Below, piece after piece: positions 53,060 to 60,496 of a DNA stretch of 60,496 nt. How positions within the stretch are numbered: position 1 is the first letter of the stretch; the number at the start of each line of letters is the position of its first letter. The DNA lies in contig DASYKW010000043.1 in NCBI GenBank assembly GCA_035995005.1, positions 1-60,496 on the forward strand, given 5' to 3'. The DNA comes from Pyrinomonadaceae bacterium. GTDB lineage: Bacteria; Acidobacteriota; Blastocatellia; Pyrinomonadales; Pyrinomonadaceae. The notes below the pieces were generated by a model. It searched no databases. It was given only the letters and a program-made list of their open reading frames with translations, and was not told where the DNA came from. The translations under genes were made by a program, and so were the position numbers.

Positions 53060-53838
53060 CTGAGTTTGGCGAGATCTTCCCTCACCCACGGCGTATTTTT
53101 AAAATAGTACATCCTCCGCCCAGCCTTCATCCCATCAATATGCCCTTCCTCGATCGAGATACCATAACTGCCGCGGCAGAGAGGTTCGCGCCAGTCATTG
53201 CCATTGCGGAGGTAGGTCTTGATCTTGTCGCTGTCGCCCCCCATCTGAAAGACCATCGGTACGGCCTCGTCAACGGGGAAGTCGTTAAACCAAGCATCGC
53301 CGGTACACCAGGATGCGAGCGAGGTCATCGTCAACGGAACGCGGACACTCTTGCCCGCAGACGCTTGATCTAAATCCAACCGCAGGTCGCGCATGAGCCT
53401 GCGGTAAAATTCTCGCTCCGAAACGACCGCGTCAAAATCGACCTGTATCGCCTTCACATTCGGCAGATCGAGCGTCGAGCGGATGAGCAAAGCGGTTTGC
53501 CTCACCATGTCGTGCGAAAACGTCGGGCGGCTTGCCGTCTCTTTGTTCGTTTCGATCCGCGTGACGGCGATGACGTATGCGCCATCGGCGACTTTGATCG
53601 GCTGTCGTCGTGGTTTTGGAATGACGCGGTCGTTTTCCAGTAGGATCGTCTGTGCGAGCAGGGCGACCCCGAATTGGTTTGCATCGGCAAAGCTCAAGTC
53701 CTCAGGGCGTTCCCAGGCCCAGAGGATCTTCTGCGGCATCTCATCGGCCAGGCGCGGGTTGACGGTATTCTGACGGGCAGAACAACCCGACAAGACGGTT
53801 GCAATGATAAAGACCGATGCTGTTCGGCTTCCTAACAC
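53056..53838 (-). CDS. hypothetical lipoprotein
   Basis: Lipobox-like VFIIATVLSGC. 260 aa. No motif recognised. Confidence 0.65.
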   Translation of the reverse strand: MLGSRTASVFIIATVLSGCSARQNTVNPRLADEMPQKILWAWERPEDLSFADANQFGVALLAQTILLENDRVIPKPRRQPIKVADGAYVIAVTRIETNKETASRPTFSHDMVRQTALLIRSTLDLPNVKAIQVDFDAVVSEREFYRRLMRDLRLDLDQASAGKSVRVPLTMTSLASWCTGDAWFNDFPVDEAVPMVFQMGGDSDKIKTYLRNGNDWREPLCRGSYGISIEEGHIDGMKAGRRMYYFKNTPWVREDLAKLR

Positions 53839-53992
53839 GTTGCGAGTCTAGCATCACTTTGCCGGCTCCGCGTCTTTGCGTGAAAACGGGTCGGAGTCAA
53901 GCGAAGACGCCAAGAACGCAATGTTGCTGAAGTGAGTTTCAACCCTCTGTTTGTTATACTCTGCCTTTACTGAATGGCCATTCATTTTGAAT

Positions 53993-55693
53993 ATGACTGA
54001 ACGCGAACAGATCCCGATGGATGTCGTCTTTGTTGGTGCCGGACCGGCAAATCTGGCGGCGGCGCTGCACCTAAAGAACGAGATCAAGAAGCACAATGAC
54101 CTTGTCGCAAAAGGGTTGAAGCACGCTGCCGTGATTGCCGATCTTGAGATCGCGATCGTCGAGAAGGGCTCGTTCGTCGGCGCTCATATCCTGTCTGGCG
54201 CGGTGATGGACCCGATCGCTATTCGCGAACTGATGCCGGATTTTATCGCCGAGGGCTGTCCGGTCGACGCGGTCGTGACGGAGGATGCATTCTGGTATCT
54301 CACGAAGAAAGGCGGCATAAATACACCGCTCGTGCCGCCGCCGCTAAAGAACAAGGGAAAGTACATAATTTCGCTCTCGAAGGTCTGCGAATGGCTTGGG
54401 CAAAAATGTGAAGAGGCGGGCATAAACATCTTTCCCGAGTTTCCAGCGGCCGAGGTGCTCTACGACGAGAACGATGCCGTCATCGGCATTCGTACGGGCG
54501 ATAAGGGCATCGACAAGGAAGGTCATAAGAAACCCAACTACGAGCCGGGCGTCGACCTGCTCGCAAAGGTCACGGTCCTTGGCGAGGGCTCACGCGGTTC
54601 ACTCGCAAAGCAACTGACCGCACGGCTCGGCCTCAATAAGGGCAAGGAATCGCAGGTCTTCTCGCTTGGTGTAAAAGAGCTGTGGGAAATTCCGGCAGAG
54701 AATTTCCCGGCAGGCAAAGTTGTCCATACGCTTGGCTTTCCGTCCGACACGCGGACCTACGGCGGCGGCTGGATCTACGGCCTGAAAAACAACACGATCA
54801 GCATCGGCTACGTGACGGGCCTCGATTACGAGGACCCGATGCTCGATCCCCACGCGGAGTTTCAAAAATTCAAAACCAATCCAAAGGTCGCTGCGGTTCT
54901 CGCGGGCGGCAAGATGATCAAGTACGGAGCAAAGACGATAAATGCGGGCGGCTGGTTCACGATGCCGCAGCTGTACGCCGATGGAGTTTTGCTGGTAGGT
55001 GACTGCGCGTCATTTCTTAACGGCCAGCGGATCAAGGGCATTCACACGGCGATTAAGAGCGGGATGCTCGCCGCCGAGACCATCGTGGACGCGTTCGGAC
55101 ATGAGGACTTTTCGTCAAAGACGCTCAAGCACTACGAAGAGCGGGTCAACATGTCGTGGATCTATGACGAGTTGCATGCCGTGCGTAACTTCCACGGTGC
55201 ATTCCAAAAGGGACGCTGGTCGGCACTGATCAATACTGGCCTGCAATTCCTGACGGGCGGCCTCGCATGGGGCTTTATGCCGAAGGAGCATCATGTCGCG
55301 GGTCACGAACGCATGACGCCGCTCGCGGACGGCAAGATCGACGAGACTCGATACGCAGATCTCAGATTCGACAAGGAGCTGACTTTCGACAAGGTGACCG
55401 ACGTATTTTACGGAGCAGTCGCACACGATGAAGACCAGCCGTCGCACCTGCACATTCTCGAGACTGAGATCTGTGCCACGCGATGTGCCGAGGAGTACGG
55501 CAACCCGTGTCAACGGTTCTGTCCCGCGGCCGTGTACGAGATGGAAGAGAACGCCGCTATGGGCCGCCAAGAGCTAAAGGTGAACTTCTCTAACTGCGTC
55601 CATTGCAAGACGTGCGATATCGCCGACCCGTACCAGATCATCAATTGGGTCACCCCCGAGGGCGGCGGCGGACCAAATTACAAGGGAATGTAG
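53993..55693 (+). CDS. electron-transfer flavoprotein:ubiquinone oxidoreductase (ETF-QO)
   Basis: FAD fold VVFVGAGPANLAAA. C-terminal 4Fe-4S ferredoxin-like CxxC..CP..NCVHCKTCDI. ATG 53993 is preferred over TTG 53951. Confidence 0.92.
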   Translation: MTEREQIPMDVVFVGAGPANLAAALHLKNEIKKHNDLVAKGLKHAAVIADLEIAIVEKGSFVGAHILSGAVMDPIAIRELMPDFIAEGCPVDAVVTEDAFWYLTKKGGINTPLVPPPLKNKGKYIISLSKVCEWLGQKCEEAGINIFPEFPAAEVLYDENDAVIGIRTGDKGIDKEGHKKPNYEPGVDLLAKVTVLGEGSRGSLAKQLTARLGLNKGKESQVFSLGVKELWEIPAENFPAGKVVHTLGFPSDTRTYGGGWIYGLKNNTISIGYVTGLDYEDPMLDPHAEFQKFKTNPKVAAVLAGGKMIKYGAKTINAGGWFTMPQLYADGVLLVGDCASFLNGQRIKGIHTAIKSGMLAAETIVDAFGHEDFSSKTLKHYEERVNMSWIYDELHAVRNFHGAFQKGRWSALINTGLQFLTGGLAWGFMPKEHHVAGHERMTPLADGKIDETRYADLRFDKELTFDKVTDVFYGAVAHDEDQPSHLHILETEICATRCAEEYGNPCQRFCPAAVYEMEENAAMGRQELKVNFSNCVHCKTCDIADPYQIINWVTPEGGGGPNYKGM

Positions 55694-55702
55694 ACGCAAA
55701 AA

Positions 55703-55727
55703 AGCCGCCAGCGAATGGCGGCTTTTT
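55703..55727. terminator. bidirectional intrinsic terminator
   Basis: AAAAAAGCCGCC-AGCGAAT-GGCGGCTTTTT between the convergent ETF-QO and rpoZ genes. Confidence 0.85.
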
Positions 55728-55747
55728 ATATGCGGCAGAGCCGTAAA

Positions 55748-55984
55748 TTAGTCGTCGAAGGTGAAGTTGACCTTCTTCTGCTCAAACTCCTTCATCGCGA
55801 TGCGGGTCGATTTGGTTTTACGCGGGTCCATATCGACACGCGGATTTGCACCACGCTGGAGCTGCTTGCTGCGTTGGGCGGCAAGGATGATCATTCGGTA
55901 TTTTGAGTCGATCTCGGGCGGGTCGATGATCTCTACTTCCTCAACGACCTCTGGTTCCTCGACTATCTCATCTTTCTTGGCCAT
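55748..55984 (-). CDS. rpoZ: RNA polymerase omega subunit
   Basis: 78 aa. SKYRMIILAAQRSKQLQRGA core. Its start overlaps the gmk stop. Confidence 0.88.
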   Translation of the reverse strand: MAKKDEIVEEPEVVEEVEIIDPPEIDSKYRMIILAAQRSKQLQRGANPRVDMDPRKTKSTRIAMKEFEQKKVNFTFDD

Positions 55985-56619
55985 TATTCTCCTTCGAAGC
56001 GATGCTTACTGGCATCGAAACTATCAAGAATACCCTGAATGGCCTCGGTTTGTCTATTAAGGAGCTGTCTCTCGGCGAGAATGATCGACGCGATCTGACG
56101 CGCAGCCGTCGCGATCGACTCGTTGACGATAATGTATTTGAAGTGGTCGAACTGCACGACCTCATTGAAAGCGTTTCTCAGGCGTGTCCGCAGTTCGTCC
56201 GTGTCCTCTGTCGCCCTCGATGTCAGACGTGCCTCAAGTACCTCGAACGACGGCGGCAGGATAAAGATCGTGACACAATCCGGGGCTTTTTCCGCGATCT
56301 GCAGCGCACCCTGCACATCCACCTCGACGATCAGGTCCTTGCCGCTAGACGCTATCTTCTCTGCCTCGATTAAGGACGTGCCATAAAGATTGCCGTGGAC
56401 GTTGGCATACTCGAGAAACTCGTTTGCCGCGATCTTTTGCTCGAACCGGTCACGCGTGATGAAGTGATACTCGCGTCCGTTCTCCTCGCCAAATCTCTGC
56501 GCGCGCGTCGTGTGCGACACCGAGTAGCCAAGCTCCGGCAGCATGCCGCGCACCTCGCTTATCAGCGTGCCTTTCCCACCGCCGGACGGACTGCTGATGA
56601 TGATGAGGTTGCCTTTCAT
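55984..56619 (-). CDS. gmk: guanylate kinase
   Basis: P-loop ISSPSGGGKGTL, SVSHTTRAQRFGEENGREYHF, and the classic yicC-gmk-rpoZ context. Confidence 0.95.
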   Translation of the reverse strand: MKGNLIIISSPSGGGKGTLISEVRGMLPELGYSVSHTTRAQRFGEENGREYHFITRDRFEQKIAANEFLEYANVHGNLYGTSLIEAEKIASSGKDLIVEVDVQGALQIAEKAPDCVTIFILPPSFEVLEARLTSRATEDTDELRTRLRNAFNEVVQFDHFKYIIVNESIATAARQIASIILAERQLLNRQTEAIQGILDSFDASKHRFEGE

Positions 56620-57498
56620 CTACTCGACATTTTGGACTTGCTCGCGGATCTTTTCAATCTCACTTTTGATCGCAAGGGCGTTCTCTTTGACGATCATGTT
56701 GTTCGTTTTTGATGCGATGGTGTTGGCCTCGCGATTGAGCTCCTGCGTGAGAAAGTCGAGCCGTTTGCCGACATCGCGATCCTCGCTCATGATCCCGCGA
56801 AAATGCTCGATGTGCGTTCGCAGCCGGGCGATCTCCTCCGAGATATCGGAACGGTCCGCGAGGTACGCGACCTCTTGTGCAAGCCGGCCCTGATCGACCT
56901 CGACCTGCGAATCGGTTTTAGCGAGCATGTCGCTGACACGTTTTGTAAGACGCGCAAGGAATTCGTCGCCGACAGCCGCTGACTGCGTTTCGATCGCCGG
57001 CATGCGTGACTCGATCTCGTCGATCCGTGACGCCAGTTCCTTGCCAAGTAACTCACCCTCCTTGGAACGCATAACCTCAAGGTCGTCGAGCGCGGCGTTG
57101 AACGTTTGCTCAACGGCATCGAGAAACCCCTCGCTTGGCTCTTCCTTTTTGGTCTGTACAACGTTCGGCAGGCGAGCGACGACGTTGATGTCGGGTTCTC
57201 CCGTGAGACCAAATTCGTCCTGCATCTCCTTCATCGCGGCGAGGAATCCCGTGATCATCGGCCGATTGATCTCCATAGTGACCTGATCGTTGCGGTCGTA
57301 TTGGAGGTTGACCTCTACACGACCGCGGGTGAGCCGCGCACTCACGACCTTTTTGATCGTCGATTCAAGGCCCTGCAATTCGGACGGCACGCGTAGATTA
57401 ACATCGAGAAATCGGTTGTTTACGGTTTTCAATTCGACGTTGATCGAGAATTGATCGGTGCTTGTTGTGCCTCGGCCAAAGCCGGTCATACTTTTCAT
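56620..57498 (-). CDS. yicC: YicC-family stress-induced protein / endoribonuclease
   Basis: MKSMTGFGR start. C-terminal DISEEIARLRTHIEHF..GKRLDFLTQELNREANTIASK is typical of YicC_N/DUF1732. Confidence 0.9.
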   Translation of the reverse strand: MKSMTGFGRGTTSTDQFSINVELKTVNNRFLDVNLRVPSELQGLESTIKKVVSARLTRGRVEVNLQYDRNDQVTMEINRPMITGFLAAMKEMQDEFGLTGEPDINVVARLPNVVQTKKEEPSEGFLDAVEQTFNAALDDLEVMRSKEGELLGKELASRIDEIESRMPAIETQSAAVGDEFLARLTKRVSDMLAKTDSQVEVDQGRLAQEVAYLADRSDISEEIARLRTHIEHFRGIMSEDRDVGKRLDFLTQELNREANTIASKTNNMIVKENALAIKSEIEKIREQVQNVE

Positions 57499-59303
57499 AC
57501 AGTTACGCCTTGTACGAGGTCCTCACTCGCAAATTGCATCTCATAGAGCCGCTTGTACACGCCAGCGTGGGCTAGCAGGTCGTCGTGTGTGCCAGTCTCG
57601 ACGATGCGGCCTTTTTCCATCACTACGATAAGATCGGCCATTCGAATGGTCGAGAGACGGTGTGCGATGACGATCGAGGTGCGATTCTGCATCAGGTTGC
57701 CGATAGCCTTTTGAACGAGCGATTCGCTCTCGGTGTCGAGCGCTGAGGTCGCCTCATCGAGAATGAGCACCGGCGCGTTCAAGAGAACGGCACGTGCGAT
57801 CGCGACGCGTTGACGCTGTCCGCCGGAGAGCAGAGTACCGCGTTCGCCGACGAGCGTGTCGTAGCCGTTTGGCAGCTGTTCGATAAAATCGGCCGCAAAC
57901 GCTATACGTGCGGCTTCGCGGATATCGGCGTCCGACGCATCGGGTCGGCCGTAGGCGATATTGTTGCGGACGGTGTCGTTAAAGAGCACCGTCTCCTGCG
58001 TCACTAGGGCGATCTGCCGCCGCAGCGTCAGGATCGACGCATCGCGCAGGTCAGTGCCGTCCCAAGTGATCGTTCCGCTTGAAGGGTCATAGAGCCGCTG
58101 CACGAGCCTCGTTAGACTCGATTTGCCACCGCCGCTCTGACCGACAAGAGCGACCATCTCACCTTTTTTCACCGTCAGGTCGATATTCTCCAGGATCTTG
58201 CGACGGTTATTTCGATAATTAAACGAAAGGTTGTCGATGCGTATCTCGTTCCGGAGCGGGTTCAGGTCAACGGCGTCGGCCTTCTCCGGCAGAGTCTCGT
58301 TTTCGTCGAGAATGCCCCAGACGTCGCGAGCAGCGGCAAAGGCCTTAGAGATCTCGTTATGCTGCCGCGAGATCTTTCGCATTGGATCGTAGCTGCGAAA
58401 TAGAAAGAAAAGGAAGGCGAAAAACTGCGATGCGTCGAGGGCATGGCTATTTATCTCGCGAAGGCCGAAATAGAACAGCGTGCAGATCGCGATTATGCCC
58501 ACCATCTCGAGCGTCGGCGGTGCGGTCGCGGATATTCCGGCGGCACGCATGTTCGCACGAGCGATGAGACCGGCGACATCGAGAAAGCGTCTCTTTTCAC
58601 GAGGCTCGCCATTGTACGCCTTGACGATGACGTGATTCGACAGGGCTTCTTGCGAGGTGTCGCTAAGGGCCTTGTTGCCCTCGAGCGACACGTCAGCGAG
58701 CTTTCTGAGCCGCCGGCTGTAATTGCTGGTAACAAAGCCGATTATCGGCGCGATGATGAGTGAGCCAAGCGTCAAACGCCAGTTGTAATAAAAAGCCGCC
58801 GTAACAAAAAAGACCAGCATGAACGCCTCGCGAAGCACATCGCGAAGATTCGACGAGACGGCCAGTTCGATCGCCGCGCAGCTCACGACAAGACGCGACA
58901 CGAGGAAATTCGTGCGGTGTTTTTCAAAGAACGTTGCCGACTGTTTTAGGAGGTGCTCGTAGAGCTCGCCCCGGAGCTTGAGGATCGCCGATTGGCCGAT
59001 CTTGGCCATTAAATACGACGAAAAATACTCAGCAATGCCCTTCAACACGGTGAAGGTGAGCAACAGGGCCGAGATCGCGATCCAAGCGCGATACCAATCG
59101 TCACGCGGAATTAGGCTGTTGAGGTCAAAAAGTGTCTTGCTTTTTACGCTCGGCTCGCCCAAGAATTGATTAAAGATGGGAACGAGAAGGGCGCCGGTTG
59201 CGGTCTCAAAAACGGCTCCGAGAAGCATCGCGAGGAGCGCAAAAACGAAGATCCCCCAGTAGGGTCGGACATACTTTAATAATCTTGCAAGATCTTTCAT
59301 CAA
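57495..59303 (-). CDS. ABC exporter, fused permease/ATPase (MsbA-like)
   Basis: Six-TM ABC_membrane domain. Walker A GQSGGGKSS, signature LSGGQRQRVAIARA, Walker B ILILDEATSALD. Confidence 0.92.
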   Translation of the reverse strand: MMKDLARLLKYVRPYWGIFVFALLAMLLGAVFETATGALLVPIFNQFLGEPSVKSKTLFDLNSLIPRDDWYRAWIAISALLLTFTVLKGIAEYFSSYLMAKIGQSAILKLRGELYEHLLKQSATFFEKHRTNFLVSRLVVSCAAIELAVSSNLRDVLREAFMLVFFVTAAFYYNWRLTLGSLIIAPIIGFVTSNYSRRLRKLADVSLEGNKALSDTSQEALSNHVIVKAYNGEPREKRRFLDVAGLIARANMRAAGISATAPPTLEMVGIIAICTLFYFGLREINSHALDASQFFAFLFFLFRSYDPMRKISRQHNEISKAFAAARDVWGILDENETLPEKADAVDLNPLRNEIRIDNLSFNYRNNRRKILENIDLTVKKGEMVALVGQSGGGKSSLTRLVQRLYDPSSGTITWDGTDLRDASILTLRRQIALVTQETVLFNDTVRNNIAYGRPDASDADIREAARIAFAADFIEQLPNGYDTLVGERGTLLSGGQRQRVAIARAVLLNAPVLILDEATSALDTESESLVQKAIGNLMQNRTSIVIAHRLSTIRMADLIVVMEKGRIVETGTHDDLLAHAGVYKRLYEMQFASEDLVQGVTV

Positions 59304-59419
59304 CGACGGTAAAGCTTTGAATATACTTCAGTTGAGCGTTGCGACAAAACCATTCGTTTGCAACGCAGGCGCGGCCTGTGGCATCTTTTCTACAACTTAT
59401 TGCTAAGCGGAGAATCGAT

Positions 59420-60496
59420 ATGAAAAAAGCGGATCTTCTCAGAACAGCGGCCCTTTTTGTGCTCGTTACGGTTGGAAGCGTCGCCGCTTTGGCCCAGGTT
59501 GACGTCGGCCGGCGTACGACGGCTGTTACATATCCGCTCGGCGACGCCGTGGACATTCAATTCCGCGGAACGACACGTTTTCCCCGGATGAAGGGCTCGG
59601 CAAGTGTGGAACGCACCACGCGGCGCGGTACCCTCGTCAAGCTGCACGTCGAGAATATGCCGCGCCCCTTTGAGCTAGGTCCCGGCTATGCCACGTATAT
59701 CGTCTGGGCGATCTCGCCCGAGGGACAGGCCGACAATCTTGGCGAGATCAAGCGCAGCGGCTCGTCGTTTATCGACTCCAAGATCGACGTGACGACACCT
59801 CTGCAGACATTCTCGCTCATGATCACCGCCGAGCCACATTTCCTGGTGACGCGTCCGAGCCAGCAGATCATGCTGGAGAACATCGCTCCGGCATCGGCCA
59901 GGAACGGCAAGAGTGTTCAGCTAGTACCCGCGGTTCAATATTTTGGGAATTCGAGCGACTATTTTCGCGATCCTCGCACACCTGAGATCGCGGAGATAGA
60001 CTTTCAGCGCACGCCGCCGTCGATCCTGCAGGCGAAGCAGGCGATCGCGTTGGCACGTTTCGCCGGGGCTGATCGCGATGCGACGACGGAGTTGAATGAA
60101 GCCCAGACGCTAGCCCAAAACGCCGAGAGCGCATGGCAAGCCGGACGCGATTCGGACACGGTCGATATTGCCGCCCGCCGGGCTATCAGCGCGGCCGTGA
60201 AGGCCGAGGGACTTGCCGGCGAGCGAAAGGCGGCACGTGAGAAGCGTAACGAAAAGGTCCGCGCCGACAACGAGATCCGCAGCGCCGAGAATCGTTTCAG
60301 TGACGCCCAGGCCCAGATCGACGACCTAAAGGCTGAGCTTGCGCGCGAAACTCGCAATAGAGAACTCGCCGAGCGCGATGTGCTCAACGCTCAGAATCAA
60401 AATCGCGACCTCAAGGACGAGAACGGACGTCTGCGTGAGGATCTCGGGAAGACGAAATCGGAGCTCGACTCAGCTATGGCCCGGATCGCGGCCGCC
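59420..60496 (+). CDS. secreted protein with C-terminal coiled-coil region, 3'-truncated by the window end
   Basis: Absent from the supplied track because it has no stop. I translated 359 codons from ATG 59420 with no stop. Signal peptide MKKADLLRTAALFVLVTVGSVAALAQ. Later Ala/Arg/Glu-rich heptad-like sequence (AQAQIDDLKAELARETRNRELAERD..). Confidence 0.75.
   Translation, partial: MKKADLLRTAALFVLVTVGSVAALAQVDVGRRTTAVTYPLGDAVDIQFRGTTRFPRMKGSASVERTTRRGTLVKLHVENMPRPFELGPGYATYIVWAISPEGQADNLGEIKRSGSSFIDSKIDVTTPLQTFSLMITAEPHFLVTRPSQQIMLENIAPASARNGKSVQLVPAVQYFGNSSDYFRDPRTPEIAEIDFQRTPPSILQAKQAIALARFAGADRDATTELNEAQTLAQNAESAWQAGRDSDTVDIAARRAISAAVKAEGLAGERKAAREKRNEKVRADNEIRSAENRFSDAQAQIDDLKAELARETRNRELAERDVLNAQNQNRDLKDENGRLREDLGKTKSELDSAMARIAAA

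Overview
60.5-kb gene-dense chromosomal segment with about 58 CDS and 2 tRNAs. I found no rRNA, CRISPR array, transposase, integrase or phage gene. Two TIGR03436-style VWA proteins, many TPR proteins, two ECF-type sigma modules and a Hanks-type Ser/Thr kinase suggest an Acidobacteriota-like genome (inference only). Housekeeping backbone: an NtrY/NtrX-like two-component pair, Dcp, Lon, EngB, Rho, GlgA, PurA, PxpBCA 5-oxoprolinase fused to two orphan Dpp/Opp-type permeases, UbiE/MenG, a TonB-like protein, GlgP, MtnA, ETF-QO and an MsbA-like/YicC/Gmk/RpoZ operon. The best candidate for something undescribed lies directly downstream of tRNA-Arg(ACG) and its terminator. It is a visibly lower-GC, tightly packed three-gene module at 17.3-22.2 kb. 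Gene 1 is an ECF-like sigma factor. Gene 2 is a 1197-aa single-pass membrane protein that fuses an anti-sigma-like N-domain to TPR repeats and a C-terminal CHAT (caspase-like) protease with a His/Cys pair. Gene 3 is an orphan 233-aa protein. A ~500-nt ORF-poor spacer with two terminator-like hairpins follows. Secondary points: an ECF sigma/anti-sigma pair split by a 250-nt spacer closed by a 21-bp long-range inverted repeat; a Zn-ribbon/Ser-Thr kinase/TPR operon divergent from a VWA gene; several coupled pairs of unknown genes. All calls rest on motif reading of the supplied ORF track and the raw sequence. No database search was run.
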